Source of the DNA: Cyanidioschyzon merolae
Lineage: Eukaryota
DNA: 64,000 nt
Reading direction: 5' to 3' (one strand)
NCBI GenBank assembly: GCA_000091205.1
Contig: AP006483.2
This document shows positions 1 to 11,373 of this stretch, piece by piece. A program made the translations under genes and the position numbers. The notes beneath the pieces are model-generated. The model saw only the letters and a program-made list of their open reading frames with translations, searched no databases and was not told the origin of the DNA. Within the stretch, counting starts at the first letter, position 1. The number at the start of each line of letters is the position of its first letter.

Positions 1-299
1 TGTCACGTACAACCTCGATTTGAGCTTCGCAGCGGTGAAACTTGGCTGGGGTCTAGTGTTGCCATTTGTCCATTGAACCGCGCATGCTTCAGGCGATGAC
101 CGTGAGGCGCGGAAGGCCCTGCTTCATGGCTCGTTACATGCCCGAAAGGGGCACGGATACCTCTTTTCGATGTCGTCCTTCGTTACAGCGCCCAGCGCCA
201 TACCCTTCGATCAAAAGCATCTTTTAGACGATCGCTACGGCGTGCATGCTGCCGGCTGCGCGAGCAATCGAACGCTGTTCCGCTCGGCACGGGATTTCT

Positions 300-430
300 G
301 GAACGGGATAGTGTCCCTGATGAAGCAAGAACCAGTAGAAAAATCCATGCTCGTTTCGGAGCAGAAGCGGTTCACGGCACGGCATCGTGTCCCTGATGAA
401 GCAAGGACCAGTAGAAAAATCCATGCTAGA
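300..430. repeat. Tandem repeat of about 76 bp, two copies; core gtgtccctgatgaagcaag(a/g)accagtagaaaaatccatgct at 311-353 and 387-429
   Basis: Direct comparison of the two units in the sequence; the ORF track shows the duplicated peptide SLMKQ.PVEKSML. Confidence 0.6.
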
Positions 431-1449
431 GAAATACGCCGAGGAACTGCGATCCGTCTACGCTCCCATCGTGCACACCTCCGGTGATGAACGCTCAGAT
501 CCAGGCGATCGCTGCAATGACTCGACGCCGTGTCCGGTACCTGTTGTCATGCAAGCGGAAGAGACGAGAGCGTCTGGGACCACATTCCTGTCAGAGATAA
601 AATGCTGCAGCCGATTTTTGTTTCGACGATGCGAACCAAGGGTCGATGATGCGCCACTCAAACGAAATCCATTACCTGATGTGAAACGTTCAGCCAAGCT
701 CCCGCGTGAGGTCTTGAGAGAGTCGTCAGCGTACGAGGTTGAGTTTTTTCCATCGTCAATGCACCGCCGCGAATTGCTGCGCGTTCCCAAGCTACACTGG
801 CATGGAACGATCGAGAGCTTGAAGCATGCGTGACAAGCGCATGCTACACGTAAGGAAAGCAGGGGGATGGAGGCTTCCATGAATGAATTTTGACACTGGT
901 ATCGGCTATTTTACGAACGCGTGTTCCAGGGCGCCGCGGAACATCTCGATTCGCATGACTTATCGATTACCAGCCGCATAGCGTCGAAGAATCCACCTCG
1001 ACAAGAAGACAGAGAACCCTAAAACTGCCTATGAATCCGTGAGCCGTTTCTGCTGCATTTCGAATGTGGATGCTGTATATCTGGAAAAGCTCGGGAAACA
1101 AAGTGCAAGGCAGGAGCCAGGCGCACATCAACGTCCCGTTTTAACCTGACATCGGTGTTGCGCCGCGCAGCCCTCGGACAAGCCGACGCTCTTCGAGGCA
1201 GCCCAGCGCCCTCTCGATCTACGGAGGAGAATGAGTGCTGCGCGGGCAGCGCGTACGGCATTGCAGTAAAGCGCGAACGGTCGGCACTCGGCGCCAGCAG
1301 GGTCTACGCATGCATCTGAGCCGTACACTTTCGGCAAGAGGGTTAGTCTGGAGCATGCAGACGTCCAAATGTTCATAGAAGAGCGATGTTCAGATTTCTT
1401 TCTGCCGGTCGCAAGCGTACATGCACGGGACATCGGATCCGATACATGA

Positions 1450-2260
1450 ATGACACATCATGGATTACCATCATGCATTCGCTGGTCTTCCAGGACAAGG
1501 AACTGTTGGCACATTAGAGTCTTTCATGGCAATTGTGCTTCACCTCCCAGGTACGTGCAATCAAATGCTTTTTCGTGGTTTATAGCGGATGCTTGCAAAG
1601 TATGTTCATACGCAAAAAATCCAAGGGAGAGGTATATAGTAAAAAAGGCGAGGTACCTGGAGCCTAGGTGTTGCCGCGGTAGACAGAAAACCGAAACGAA
1701 ATCCTCTTCCCGCCGACCGTCCAGCGAAGAAGAGCAAGTGACGAAGAAGCAGAAGAAGGGAGGAAATGGTCAAGAACAGGTAGTTGCCCGACGTGATGAT
1801 GACGAGACAGTAGGGGCACAAAGGGCAGGAATTCGAGGAGTCCTTGCAAAGGTGAGAACAACGAAAGCCAGTATACGCATGGAATTCGTGAACCGAGACT
1901 TCAACGATGCCACCAATACCAGATGATATGTGATACTGGAGGCGAGGCCCGCGCAGCTGACGAGCGCCAATTTTGTCGGGTAGCATCCCAGACCCGAGGT
2001 ATACAACCTGAGGTTGAAACCGATAGCAGGGGTCAGGCCGCAGAAGGCTGCGAGGCGTCCGCGGGTCGATGTATACAGGCACTCCACGACAGCGAAGCGT
2101 TTTCGTGCGAACGAGCATTTCGATCGAACGTTGGCCGAACATCGCGAGACCCGTTGTTCTGTCAGAAAGCTGGCATCCTGCGTTGGACACGAGCGCGAGG
2201 CACCGACGAAACGACGCATGCAATGGCCCGTAAGCCCCGAGTGCATCCCGTTTCGCTGCT
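1450..2260 (+). pseudogene. Copy A of a dispersed element encoding a basic protein with a C-terminal motif like TnpB/Fanzor RuvC-III (RDFNDATNTR). It is degenerate, with a stop at 1924-1926 and frameshifts where the homology continues
   Basis: ORF 1450..1926 (KNPRERY..., VVARRDDDETVGAQRAGIRGV..., MEFVNRDFNDATNTR) matches copy B at 30628..31324 at both protein and nucleotide level, about 75% nt identity. Homology continues past the stop (LKPIAGVRPQKA...AKRFRANEHF vs LKLIPGGRSKKS...AKRFASTEHI) but in shifted frames. Confidence 0.45.
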
Positions 2261-2310
2261 ATTCCGGACGCTTCGCGTCACCTGGATCGCTCCTGAGGAA
2301 GGATTTTGGG

Positions 2311-2326
2311 TGTGTGTGTGTGTGTG
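2311..2326. repeat. (TG)8 microsatellite
   Basis: tgtgtgtgtgtgtgtg read directly. Confidence 0.9.
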
Positions 2327-2959
2327 GTCAGTGCAAGCCGGGTTTAGAGTGGAGCAGTGGACGCTTCGATCACATCTGAGGAACGACGTTTGGTGCGCTC
2401 TTCATCGCAAGCCGGGGATCGTGCAGCAGCGCCGGACGCATGAAAGTCAGCTGCGGGACAGCGCGTCTGGTGCACGCGCATGAACAATAGGGGTTTGGAA
2501 TGGATCGGTGGCTGCTGCCCCGGATGCGCGATTGCTATGGACATGCAGGTGATCTCCCTGATTCGACTCATCGATCCTCCAACGTTGGAAAACATGGGGC
2601 ACGGCGCGCGCTACAGTCGCCACTAGGACGCGACTGCCGCCTTCGCTATCACCTACCAGCAGTCGTTCCATTGGCTTGGCATCATCGTTGCGGACTTTTT
2701 CTTGAAGAATAAGGGCGATCTTCGGGGATTACCGCGCAGCAGTGCTCATTACGAGAATGTACAGAGAAAGCAGAGCATCGCTGGGCGCGACATCACAGAC
2801 ACACCTGACTGCATCTCGAGTGTTCGCATCGAATCTGATCGTCATCAGAGACCAGCGTCTGGAATAGACTGGAAACGCCGCGATGACTTGACGAAGCACT
2901 CGCAACCTAGGTCATCATGACAGCGGTTGTGCATTCGTCTCCAGAATGCGTCACGTTCA

Positions 2960-4642
2960 TCAACTGGTCTGTTGTCGCAGCGAGGACAAATAGTCCCCAA
3001 TAACGTCCACGAGTAGATCGACTGGATCAGGTCCGTCGGAAGCCGCGTCGCGGCGACTGCGTCGGCCGGTGCGCATACCCCCACCCACGGGATACCGCAC
3101 ATTGGGGCGGGAGTCGGCGTACGCGCGACTGCTCTTCGTATCGAACGGAAACATGCGCCGATACGCAGCGGACACAGGCACCAGGTGACCTCCGGGAACC
3201 TGACGGAACTCAAAGGCCTTTTCGCGATCGGCAAAGCGGTACCAAAGCGCCGCAGCGAGGTCATCGCTTTGGTCAATGGGGTCATCTGCGAACTTCACAA
3301 TCAAATTACTCGCACAGCTGTAATATGATTCGATAAGGCGCTGAGTCTCCTGCGGGCTGGGTGTAAACTCACGATCACGTAGAGCGCGTGCTGCCCCGGT
3401 CGCTAGGGAAGCCCATTCGGGCCAAATACCCAGCAAGCCGGGATCCTGGCTGCGCACCTCTTCTTGTTGCGGCTCCGCCAGGTCTCGAAAATATCGCTGC
3501 ACGCCGCGAGCCGTTTGCAGCCGAGCGCTGCTGCCGAGAATCGCCGCATCACGCAGAAAACTCTCGACGATGCGCCATCCGTCTGAACCAGCTACCGCAT
3601 CGAGTGCTTTGGTAGCGTCCTCGAAAAAGGGTATGCTCTTTGAACTCGAGTAATTATTATAGGCCAGAAATATGTTAGCCTTTGGCGCCAGTCCGGCTCT
3701 TTGCTTTCGATTGGGCGCCGTTGTTTCCTCTGCATGCATCAGCGCCAGTAGCTTCGCGCCGAGCGAGTGACCCATGCCCACGGCAGGGAGGCGCTCCGGC
3801 GATGCAAGCAGTCGCGAGAGAGACGCGGAGGCATCCCGGAACCGCTCCCTGAGCTTTTCCGCTAGCTGCAGATGGTCGAAGAAAAGAGTCGTATCCGGAA
3901 CGGGATGGCTGGAAAACGCATCCGCCCCAACTTTCGCAGAAGCACTCGTTGATGCCTTGGAGGGCGCCACGGCCGCCGAAAAGAACGGCGCTGCGATCAC
4001 TGCCATCTGGGTTCGGCGTGCAATTTGTTCAAGAAAGGGCCCATAAGTTGCCCGCGGAAACTGGCCCACCAAGAACCCGCCAATGAAGCAGATTACCCCA
4101 CGAAGCGCGCCAGACGCAGTGGCGAGCTTGTCGCTCGGCGAACCCGCCGGAACACCGTCCGGGATACACACGTCGCAACCGGCGAGCACCAACCAGCGCC
4201 CTTCCGAGTCCTCGACTTTTCCATCGACACTCATCTGGAGCGAGCTGAGCCCTAGGGAACGCCAAACACGGCCAGTAGGTCGACAGGCCTCTATCGTTTC
4301 ACCGTGTCCACAACGGCGATAACCGTACTGAAGACGCCTCCGGGCAGCAGATCTAGTGTTGACGCATGTGCGGCGTCTCACGCGAAATGCAGGCGACACG
4401 TCTGTAGCCCTGGCAACTATGGTGCTTGCAGAACAGCGACTCCTTGTGTGAAAAGAGCGCACGACAGCGGGCAGTACTAGAAACGCAGTCGAATCCAGCA
4501 GCAGGTCGCTTTTACACGCAGGGCACTCCGTGGAGCCACGAAGCCGTTGGACGCGTTCCGTGGTTGTCTGCTCACGAGTTTGTTGGGAGGACCCACGCAT
4601 TCTCAAATGCCTTGGTTCGAAAAAACGTTCCTGGCGACTCAC
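2960..4642 (-). CDS. Alpha/beta-hydrolase-fold protein resembling the plant/cyanobacterial DUF1350 family. The true start is probably the internal Met at 4234
   Basis: 560-aa ORF. Motif GVICFIGGFLVGQFPRATYGPFLEQIA...VIAAPF resembles the DUF1350 N-terminal signature. GHSLGA is a GxSxG nucleophile-elbow motif. The N-terminal 136 aa are Arg/Ser-rich and may be non-coding. Confidence 0.5.
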   Translation of the reverse strand: MSRQERFFEPRHLRMRGSSQQTREQTTTERVQRLRGSTECPACKSDLLLDSTAFLVLPAVVRSFHTRSRCSASTIVARATDVSPAFRVRRRTCVNTRSAARRRLQYGYRRCGHGETIEACRPTGRVWRSLGLSSLQMSVDGKVEDSEGRWLVLAGCDVCIPDGVPAGSPSDKLATASGALRGVICFIGGFLVGQFPRATYGPFLEQIARRTQMAVIAAPFFSAAVAPSKASTSASAKVGADAFSSHPVPDTTLFFDHLQLAEKLRERFRDASASLSRLLASPERLPAVGMGHSLGAKLLALMHAEETTAPNRKQRAGLAPKANIFLAYNNYSSSKSIPFFEDATKALDAVAGSDGWRIVESFLRDAAILGSSARLQTARGVQRYFRDLAEPQQEEVRSQDPGLLGIWPEWASLATGAARALRDREFTPSPQETQRLIESYYSCASNLIVKFADDPIDQSDDLAAALWYRFADREKAFEFRQVPGGHLVPVSAAYRRMFPFDTKSSRAYADSRPNVRYPVGGGMRTGRRSRRDAASDGPDPVDLLVDVIGDYLSSLRQQTS

Positions 4643-5770
4643 GAACGCTACGTGGTGTCAAGGTCGAACGCCCAGCGTCGAATGCACAAATCACTGGATA
4701 TGCGTCAAACTTGCCTCGCGCCCGGGCGCCGATCGAACCGCAAAGATGCCTAACGAACGTTGGGGGCAGGGTTCGAGTTCGCAGTGCGCTAGCACACAGA
4801 CAGTGACCGTTTCATAGAATGCATGCAATGCTGGAGCGACACCAGACCTCATTTCGTTGTCTAGAAGCCAGATTCGTCATCACAGACTGTTAGAGAAGCT
4901 GCGTTCATTCCCGAAAGTTGGACGGCACGGGGTCAAAGTGCGTCGACTGGAGGCAGCGTACCTCAGTGCAAACGCTCAGGTGCGTGCTTGCGCTCGGCTG
5001 CGCAGCCTTCTGGAGATCACGTGCGATATAGCATGCCGTTGAGAACGGCACGCGGCGTATCGGTCCGTGGTGGCCCTCTGAAGGACGCCTCTGTCTGGGA
5101 CGCGACGTCCAGACCCTGGACACTGGACAGGTGCGTGGAGCGGCCAACGTTGCGCGCGGTTCCGCGAAAGGACTCGGGGTCTTTTCTCCTGGCAAGCAGC
5201 AAAGCGCAGATCAGCGGTCCTTGACGCGGCGTTTCGCAACTGGCGGGGGCCTTTGAGCGCTCGTAGGGTATAGCGCCTCCATAACAGTTCCCTCGCAGTT
5301 GCGCATGTCGTGGTCGAGCAACGAACGAGCTCGATGAAGTAGCAAACTTCCTCGCTGCCGACAAGCAGCACCGTACACTGCGACCAGGCGCTCAAGAGCA
5401 AGTCACGCGAGCTTAACGGTTCCGTAGAGCTAGCGGCCAGTGGGCACTCCTATGCTGCATGCTCTACTTTTACGGACACAAACACGGTCCACGGTCTGCA
5501 AGGGCAGACTAGCTGGAATAAGATGTTTGGATACACGTATCATTGACGAATGTGCGTTCAGGATAGCGGAGGGCGACCAAGGCCCCGTTGGTTGGCCTGT
5601 GCACGCTCCACACGCCGCCGTGCACAAGTCCCCTGCACGATGAGGCGTCGCGCTTGTAGATCATCACGCAATAGTGAATGCTTGCCGGATCAATTCGTTT
5701 CTTAACGACCTCGAGACTGTAGGCTCGCACGCCACCACCCCACTCTACACGTGACGCCTTTCTCGAATGG

Positions 5771-7405
5771 TCATGGAGACGAGGGGCTTTTTGACCGGGG
5801 ACTGTCGACGCGTAAAGCCCCCATCTGCGCTTCCACTGCCAGGTTTGCGTGCAATGCGAGCTTTCTCGCGGCGCTGTCATCAAACTGGCGCCAAGGTCTA
5901 AACCGATCCGTACATGAGCTGGCTCGCGGACCAGGTCCGCTGCTTTTCTCCGAATGAGCCAATTCACCCGTGTTTTCCACAAGTCTGCGACGATCTTCGG
6001 GGGGTAGTCTCTCTACCATGGAATTGGCGTCCTCTGCAGCGTATGCTCGGAGCGCCCCAAACAGCTGACGGGCAATGAAGCGCACCTTAGCCTGCGAGTC
6101 TCTGATCGCCAAACGAATGCAAGATTCGATTTCCGAGCGAATGGCGGCATCGCTCCACAAGGAGGACGCATCTTGTCGGAGCACAGTCGTTTGTGCGGCT
6201 CGGGGAAGCGCAACGGCCGACTCGGATTTTGTACCGACCTGTAGTACGAGACAGGCATACATGCCACAACGCTCCCGAAGCACAGGATGCTGTTCAGCAC
6301 CAGCACATGCTTTCAACAGGAATTGAAGCACGGGGAATAAGAAAGACGGATGCGACGCAGCGTCGCGCAGTACTTGCAGCAGTCGATGGGCGCACGCGTC
6401 TGCAGCATCATAAAAGACTTTTTTTGTGCGTATCAATACCGGAAAAATAGCGAAGCGAAAAAGGTAGAGCGCGATTTCAACGGGAGCCCGCCGTCTCGAT
6501 GCGCTCGCGGATGCGTTCAGCTGATGCGTCACTGCGCTTTCTCGCTTCGATGCCGCTGCGACTGGATCGTCTCCGAAGACTGCTCTTGCCGCATCCATCT
6601 CGCCGCTGGCTGGGTTGCTGATCGATACGAGTTGCTGCGCCTGGAGGCAAATGAAGGATTCGCTGTCGGAGGAACGCACAGGGGCTGTGCCGGGCTCGCA
6701 CGCTGCAGGTCGTCTCCATGTGGACCCGGATCGCAGTCCGCACGTATCATTGATCTGCTCTTGTAGCCGTTGTTGTTTTAGGGCAGCAAGCTCTCTCTTG
6801 AGAGCCTGTTTTGGCTGGCTTCGTCCGGGATCGATCATCGACGCACCGCGCATTGAGGTTTCCAACTCGTTGATGGCCGCCTCTAGCGCGGGGCCTAGGA
6901 CGAATTCTCCAAACCAGCCAAGAAAATCGAGACCATCCTTCGCGAGCTGGGAGCGAATGTCCGCGCAAACCTTCACCAGTGCTGTAAGGAGCGTCTCTTG
7001 GTGGCCGTTCGCTCCAACCGCAACGGACGCTTGCTCGCAGCTCATTGCTTGTTGGTGTAGCTTCCATACAATCTCACAGAACTCTAGTGCTGCGTTCTGG
7101 TTCGCCAGTCGTGCACTACTATCGCCGACAAGTAGGGTGCGCTCTAACAGTGAGCGCAACGCGTGCAACGCAGCTGCTTGGTTTTGCCAGGGCAGAACTG
7201 CGGGGCAGGTGTTCTCGTCGTTTTCTACAGCCTCCTCAGTTTTATCAGAGGGAAGACAGGCTGAAGTCGCTCCATCGCGAGTTCCAGAATAGATGCGCTT
7301 CACAAGCTCATAGCGCTCTATTGAGATCCAAGCGTGGGTAGCGGAATCCATTGTGAGAAGTTTGAGGGTGCCGCCTGAGCACACAGCAGCATCGCTGGTG
7401 GGCAT
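5771..7405 (-). CDS. Hypothetical protein, predicted helical/coiled-coil; no family recognised
   Basis: 544-aa uninterrupted ORF with protein-like composition, e.g. LKRELAALKQQRLQEQ. No diagnostic motif found. Confidence 0.4.
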   Translation of the reverse strand: MPTSDAAVCSGGTLKLLTMDSATHAWISIERYELVKRIYSGTRDGATSACLPSDKTEEAVENDENTCPAVLPWQNQAAALHALRSLLERTLLVGDSSARLANQNAALEFCEIVWKLHQQAMSCEQASVAVGANGHQETLLTALVKVCADIRSQLAKDGLDFLGWFGEFVLGPALEAAINELETSMRGASMIDPGRSQPKQALKRELAALKQQRLQEQINDTCGLRSGSTWRRPAACEPGTAPVRSSDSESFICLQAQQLVSISNPASGEMDAARAVFGDDPVAAASKRESAVTHQLNASASASRRRAPVEIALYLFRFAIFPVLIRTKKVFYDAADACAHRLLQVLRDAASHPSFLFPVLQFLLKACAGAEQHPVLRERCGMYACLVLQVGTKSESAVALPRAAQTTVLRQDASSLWSDAAIRSEIESCIRLAIRDSQAKVRFIARQLFGALRAYAAEDANSMVERLPPEDRRRLVENTGELAHSEKSSGPGPRASSCTDRFRPWRQFDDSAARKLALHANLAVEAQMGALRVDSPRSKSPSSP

Positions 7406-8219
7406 TCAAATACGCCGGGCACAGCAGCACGCGGCCGCCGTCGTCAACGATCGCCGCGCACCGTTGGGTGCAGGTCGGACTTCGAACTGCTCCGGAGAGC
7501 GGATCGCACGCGGGCGCGAACGGCTGTCAAGCATTGTCCTATTTGATACAGGATGGTACAGATCGCAGCGGCATCAAAGACGCTACGGAGCGATCGTCGG
7601 TGAGAGCGGTTTGGCGACTGCTCTGCAACGCCAGCGTACGCTTCGTCATTGCCAGATGCGCGCCATGCCGTCGGATGTCGACGCCATGGCGCGATCTCGA
7701 GGGCCGTACGTGAGCGCGGTGCGCGGTTTATCTCGATGAGTGCAGTGAAGACGTTCATCGCTTGAGGATTGGTACCGTGTTGACTCTGGACGGCGAGCGT
7801 ATTGCCCAGTCAGTCCGTCTCCACTGACGGAGTGTAAACATCGAAAATTTTTCGTGTTTCGAGATCAATGCATCGAACCTGATTCCCTTGTATGTGCGAT
7901 TGCGTTAGGCAGTCAGGAAGTGACGACCGTGCTTTTCCAAACGTCTTAAAGTACCACCATGAGCCTTGCACCAGAATTCCAGGTGTGAATAGCAGTTCGC
8001 TGAAAGCAGCGATGCTCTTGGAGCCACTTCTCGGATTCATGTTCGCTATCACGGCGGGTGTGCGGCCCCGGCCGCCACAGAGACGCAGCAAGCCCTTTCA
8101 TTGTCCTAACAGGCGTCGGCTCGATGAAGCATTGAACATTTGGAGCGAGACAGCTGAGGCTCTGCTCTTTCGACCTGTCGGAATCAATACAATGAAAAGA
8201 GGCGACTCGCTGAGCATGT

Positions 8220-8495
8220 CCACGGTTGCTCCTCGGGTTTCCATTTTTTCGATATCTGCGCCGCCTGATCGGCATCCGAGTCTTCTGCTGCGCTTTTACT
8301 TTGCTCGCATGCGCTGGGGCGACATCTTACCACTGCCGCTCAAAAAGGGTTCTCCCACGGTTGCTCCTCGGGTTTCCATTTTTTCGATATCTGCACCGCC
8401 TGATCGGCATCCGAGTCTTCTGATGCGCTTTCACTTTGTTTGCGTGCGCTGAGGCGACACCTTACCAATGCCGCTCAAAAAGGGGCCTCGGTGGC
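8220..8495. repeat. 135-bp minisatellite, about 2.05 copies; units start at 8220 and 8355, followed by a degenerate partial third unit
   Basis: Unit ccacggttgctcctcgggtttccattttttcgatatctgc(g/a)ccgcctgatcggcatccgagtcttctg... repeated almost exactly. It produces the duplicated peptide TVAPRVSIFSISAPPDRHPSLL in ORF 7892..8452. Confidence 0.85.
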
Positions 8496-9691
8496 GACCA
8501 AGTTGCTACCAACTGGGGCACGGCGAGAATCTCAGCCGTGCCTCTGTTGCTGGGGCTGCACGCGAGCGCTTCCATCCCAGTTTGGGTCCCAGACGCTGTC
8601 GCACCATGACGCTTGCTCTGGAAATTGCCTTGTTTTCTTGGAGTGCGCGCCCCGGTCTCCCGGTGGCATTGGCGGCACATAGGCTGGAGGATCCGGGTCA
8701 GGTGCTGGCGACGCCCCAAGGGTGCCGAGTTGCGATGTGCGCGCCCTCCAGGCCATACCAGGCCCGAAACCGAAGATTGATCCAGCATGCTCATATCCGA
8801 AACCTGCTCTTCACAAAAGCTGTTTAGCGGTAGTTTTCATAATAAGAAGCGCGCAGTATAGCCGATCTGCCATGCACATGCAATTCAAGCACGGTTGCTA
8901 CCCGCTCTCGAGAATCGTTCATCCAGTGGACTTCCTTAGGGCGCGTGCCAGCACTGGAGCGTTCGGAGCGCTCCTTCGAGCTGCGTGTGGGCTCGTGCGC
9001 TACGACCGGGTGCGCGTATTCCCGCGGCCGATGCACCCGCCACACCTGGCCCCCGTGCTGCAGGGTGTATGCTACGCTTTCCAGGGTGCATTGCAACGCC
9101 TCGATGTATGTCAAATTGCATTTGAAAGGTAACGAGCGGACTCGGGTCAAACCGTCGTGTCCATACCTTATCATATACAAAGAAATGAAAGGATTTTAGG
9201 ATGCGCCACTAGGTCGTTGGTTGCAGCGGTACCGATCGGGTTGGTCATCGAGCATTGCGGAACATAAAACATGGTTTTTTTTCATGGACAAAACGTTTGC
9301 TTCGGCCAGCGTTCTCCGATTGTGCACTTTTCCTTTTCTTTTTGTTTGTGTGTGGTGAGGCATCCATGAACCCCCTACTCCCAAGTTACATTACGTATAC
9401 TTCTTCTCGGATATTCTGCTCATTTCATACGTCCTATCGTGTGCCGAGCCTGCCGAGCGCGTCAGCAATGGCACCTGTAGCGCCGACAGAACACGGTGCT
9501 CGCGTCGAGCCGCCGGCGTCGGAATCGCCATCGCGAAACGATTGTCCATGATGTCGCAAATCAAGATGCCATTTCGCTCGCGGCCTAAGAAACGCTCGGA
9601 TCGTGCGCAGCGTATATGTGCAGGCCTTTGTTAGCGAGACTTTGGCGAATACGCGCTGGCTCGGGCGGCAGCAAGCCAGCATTTCTCGGAA

Positions 9692-10930
9692 ATGGTAGCA
9701 CAGGGGGGCCTCATATCGACCAGAGTAGGCGGTACAGGAGTTTGCCTCGCTAAGTGCTCGAGCACGACGATACATCCCCCGTTTGGTACGACAGGAAGCG
9801 GCGCGCTTGCCGTCGACGAACAATCTTGGCGCAGTGCCGGGCGTCAACTGCTCTACGCTACCATGTACGTGACGAGCTCCGGGACGAGTCGACTACAATC
9901 GAGGCGCTTCGTGTACGGCGCAGCGCGTCGGCGGAACTGTTCTCGGGTTCTAGGGACGCGTCGATGTCCTTACGAGCTGGGCGCTGGAGAAGCACGCACT
10001 GCTCGGGCGAAGCCTCTCCACGGAGGCACGAGCAACCGTATGCGTTGCGTGTCTTCTGGGATGGAACAGCGCCCGTCGTTGAATGACTCACGCATACCAC
10101 AATCAACCTTTTCTCCGCGGATAGGGAAGCCCGGGGAGCAGTTGCAGGAACCCAGCATTACGCCCCTGGAAGCCGAACAGCGCCTCGTTCGGTCGGGAGA
10201 CTGGCTGCTGTTTGCGGCAAGCCTCTGTACGCTGTGCTTTGGTGTCTGCCTGGGTCCACGGCGAGTACACGCCCAGCGTCACGAGCGTACTATTGCTGCA
10301 GCACTTGTTCATGGCCTAGCCACAATGGATGCTCGCGTCGTTTCCCAAGATACGAGGCGGGTATTCAAGTCGTCTACGGAGCGCCGGCCGATGGCCACGG
10401 TATCCGTCCCAAAAGCGGAAACGACGAATCAGCTCGATATAGGAAAAATGGGATATTCCCTCTACGATTTCGTGGATAAGAAGAAACTTTTCTCTTCGGA
10501 TCTATCCGCGAGAACAGAGACACAACTGGAATTGGAAGAGATCGAAGACGAGGAAGTGCAGAAAGCTTTGGTGTTAACTGTTGGGCGGCTTCTGCAAACG
10601 GTTGGCGCTCTCGTTGCTGCTTACTTCGTTTACGTCGGCAGTCGGCGCTGGGAAGAATGGATGCGAGAAGAGGAACGATTGGCGACCGAGAAAGAAATCA
10701 GCTTGACTGGTACCTACATTGACCCTGCTGTACCGCGTGAGGACCTCGAAAGACGACGAAATCCCGAGTCGTCTACGCCTTCCGGCGTTTCAGACGACGA
10801 CAGTGGCCACGATCCTGACACCGGAACGGGTAGCACAAAACGCCCCGGTCCTGGACCGAAACCACCGTCGACGGACCGCGGCGGAGCGCCAGACGAAGGG
10901 CTTGACCTTCTGGACGACCTGCTCGAGTAG
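9692..10930 (+). CDS. Hypothetical protein with one predicted TM helix (ALVLTVGRLLQTVGALVAAYFVYVG) and an acidic C-terminus. Likely starts at an internal Met, so the N-terminal third is doubtful as coding
   Basis: 412-aa ORF. The first ~200 aa are Arg/Ser/Gly-rich, typical of a GC-rich non-coding read-through. The C-terminal ~180 aa look protein-like. Confidence 0.25.
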   Translation: MVAQGGLISTRVGGTGVCLAKCSSTTIHPPFGTTGSGALAVDEQSWRSAGRQLLYATMYVTSSGTSRLQSRRFVYGAARRRNCSRVLGTRRCPYELGAGEARTARAKPLHGGTSNRMRCVSSGMEQRPSLNDSRIPQSTFSPRIGKPGEQLQEPSITPLEAEQRLVRSGDWLLFAASLCTLCFGVCLGPRRVHAQRHERTIAAALVHGLATMDARVVSQDTRRVFKSSTERRPMATVSVPKAETTNQLDIGKMGYSLYDFVDKKKLFSSDLSARTETQLELEEIEDEEVQKALVLTVGRLLQTVGALVAAYFVYVGSRRWEEWMREEERLATEKEISLTGTYIDPAVPREDLERRRNPESSTPSGVSDDDSGHDPDTGTGSTKRPGPGPKPPSTDRGGAPDEGLDLLDDLLE

Positions 10931-11373
10931 CGCAGCGGTGCACAGATCGTTTACCTAGGCCGTTCTGTACAAAAGCTAGGCGTAGCGCCCATGCTGACAA
11001 GCGAGCAACGCACGAATTGTGCACCCAAAGAGCTTTACAGTGCAGTGAGGCTTCCTCCGCATGCCAATCACACATACGAATTCGTGCAGTCATTGCGACA
11101 AGCGGAGCGACTCGCGCATGCAGTCGCACCGCTTTGGGACTGGCGATCTGCAAGACGCTCGTTCAAAAGACAGCAGGGCGGTGCTCCTTTGACAGAACAG
11201 GACAGATCAAATTTGCAGATGGAGTACTGTGCACGAGGCCTCGCGGAGCTCCACTAGGGCTATCGCAGGCAAGACGGATTCCTCCAGCGCGAGTCGCACG
11301 CTTGAGCAGCTGCCACCTGCTACCGCATGGCAATGCTGCTCCAAAATTTGGTACCAAGTGCGGCTTGTGTCGC

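Noticed and set aside
7892-8452. 186-aa ORF.
   Set aside because: Its apparent internal peptide duplication comes entirely from translating the 135-bp minisatellite. There is no other coding signal.
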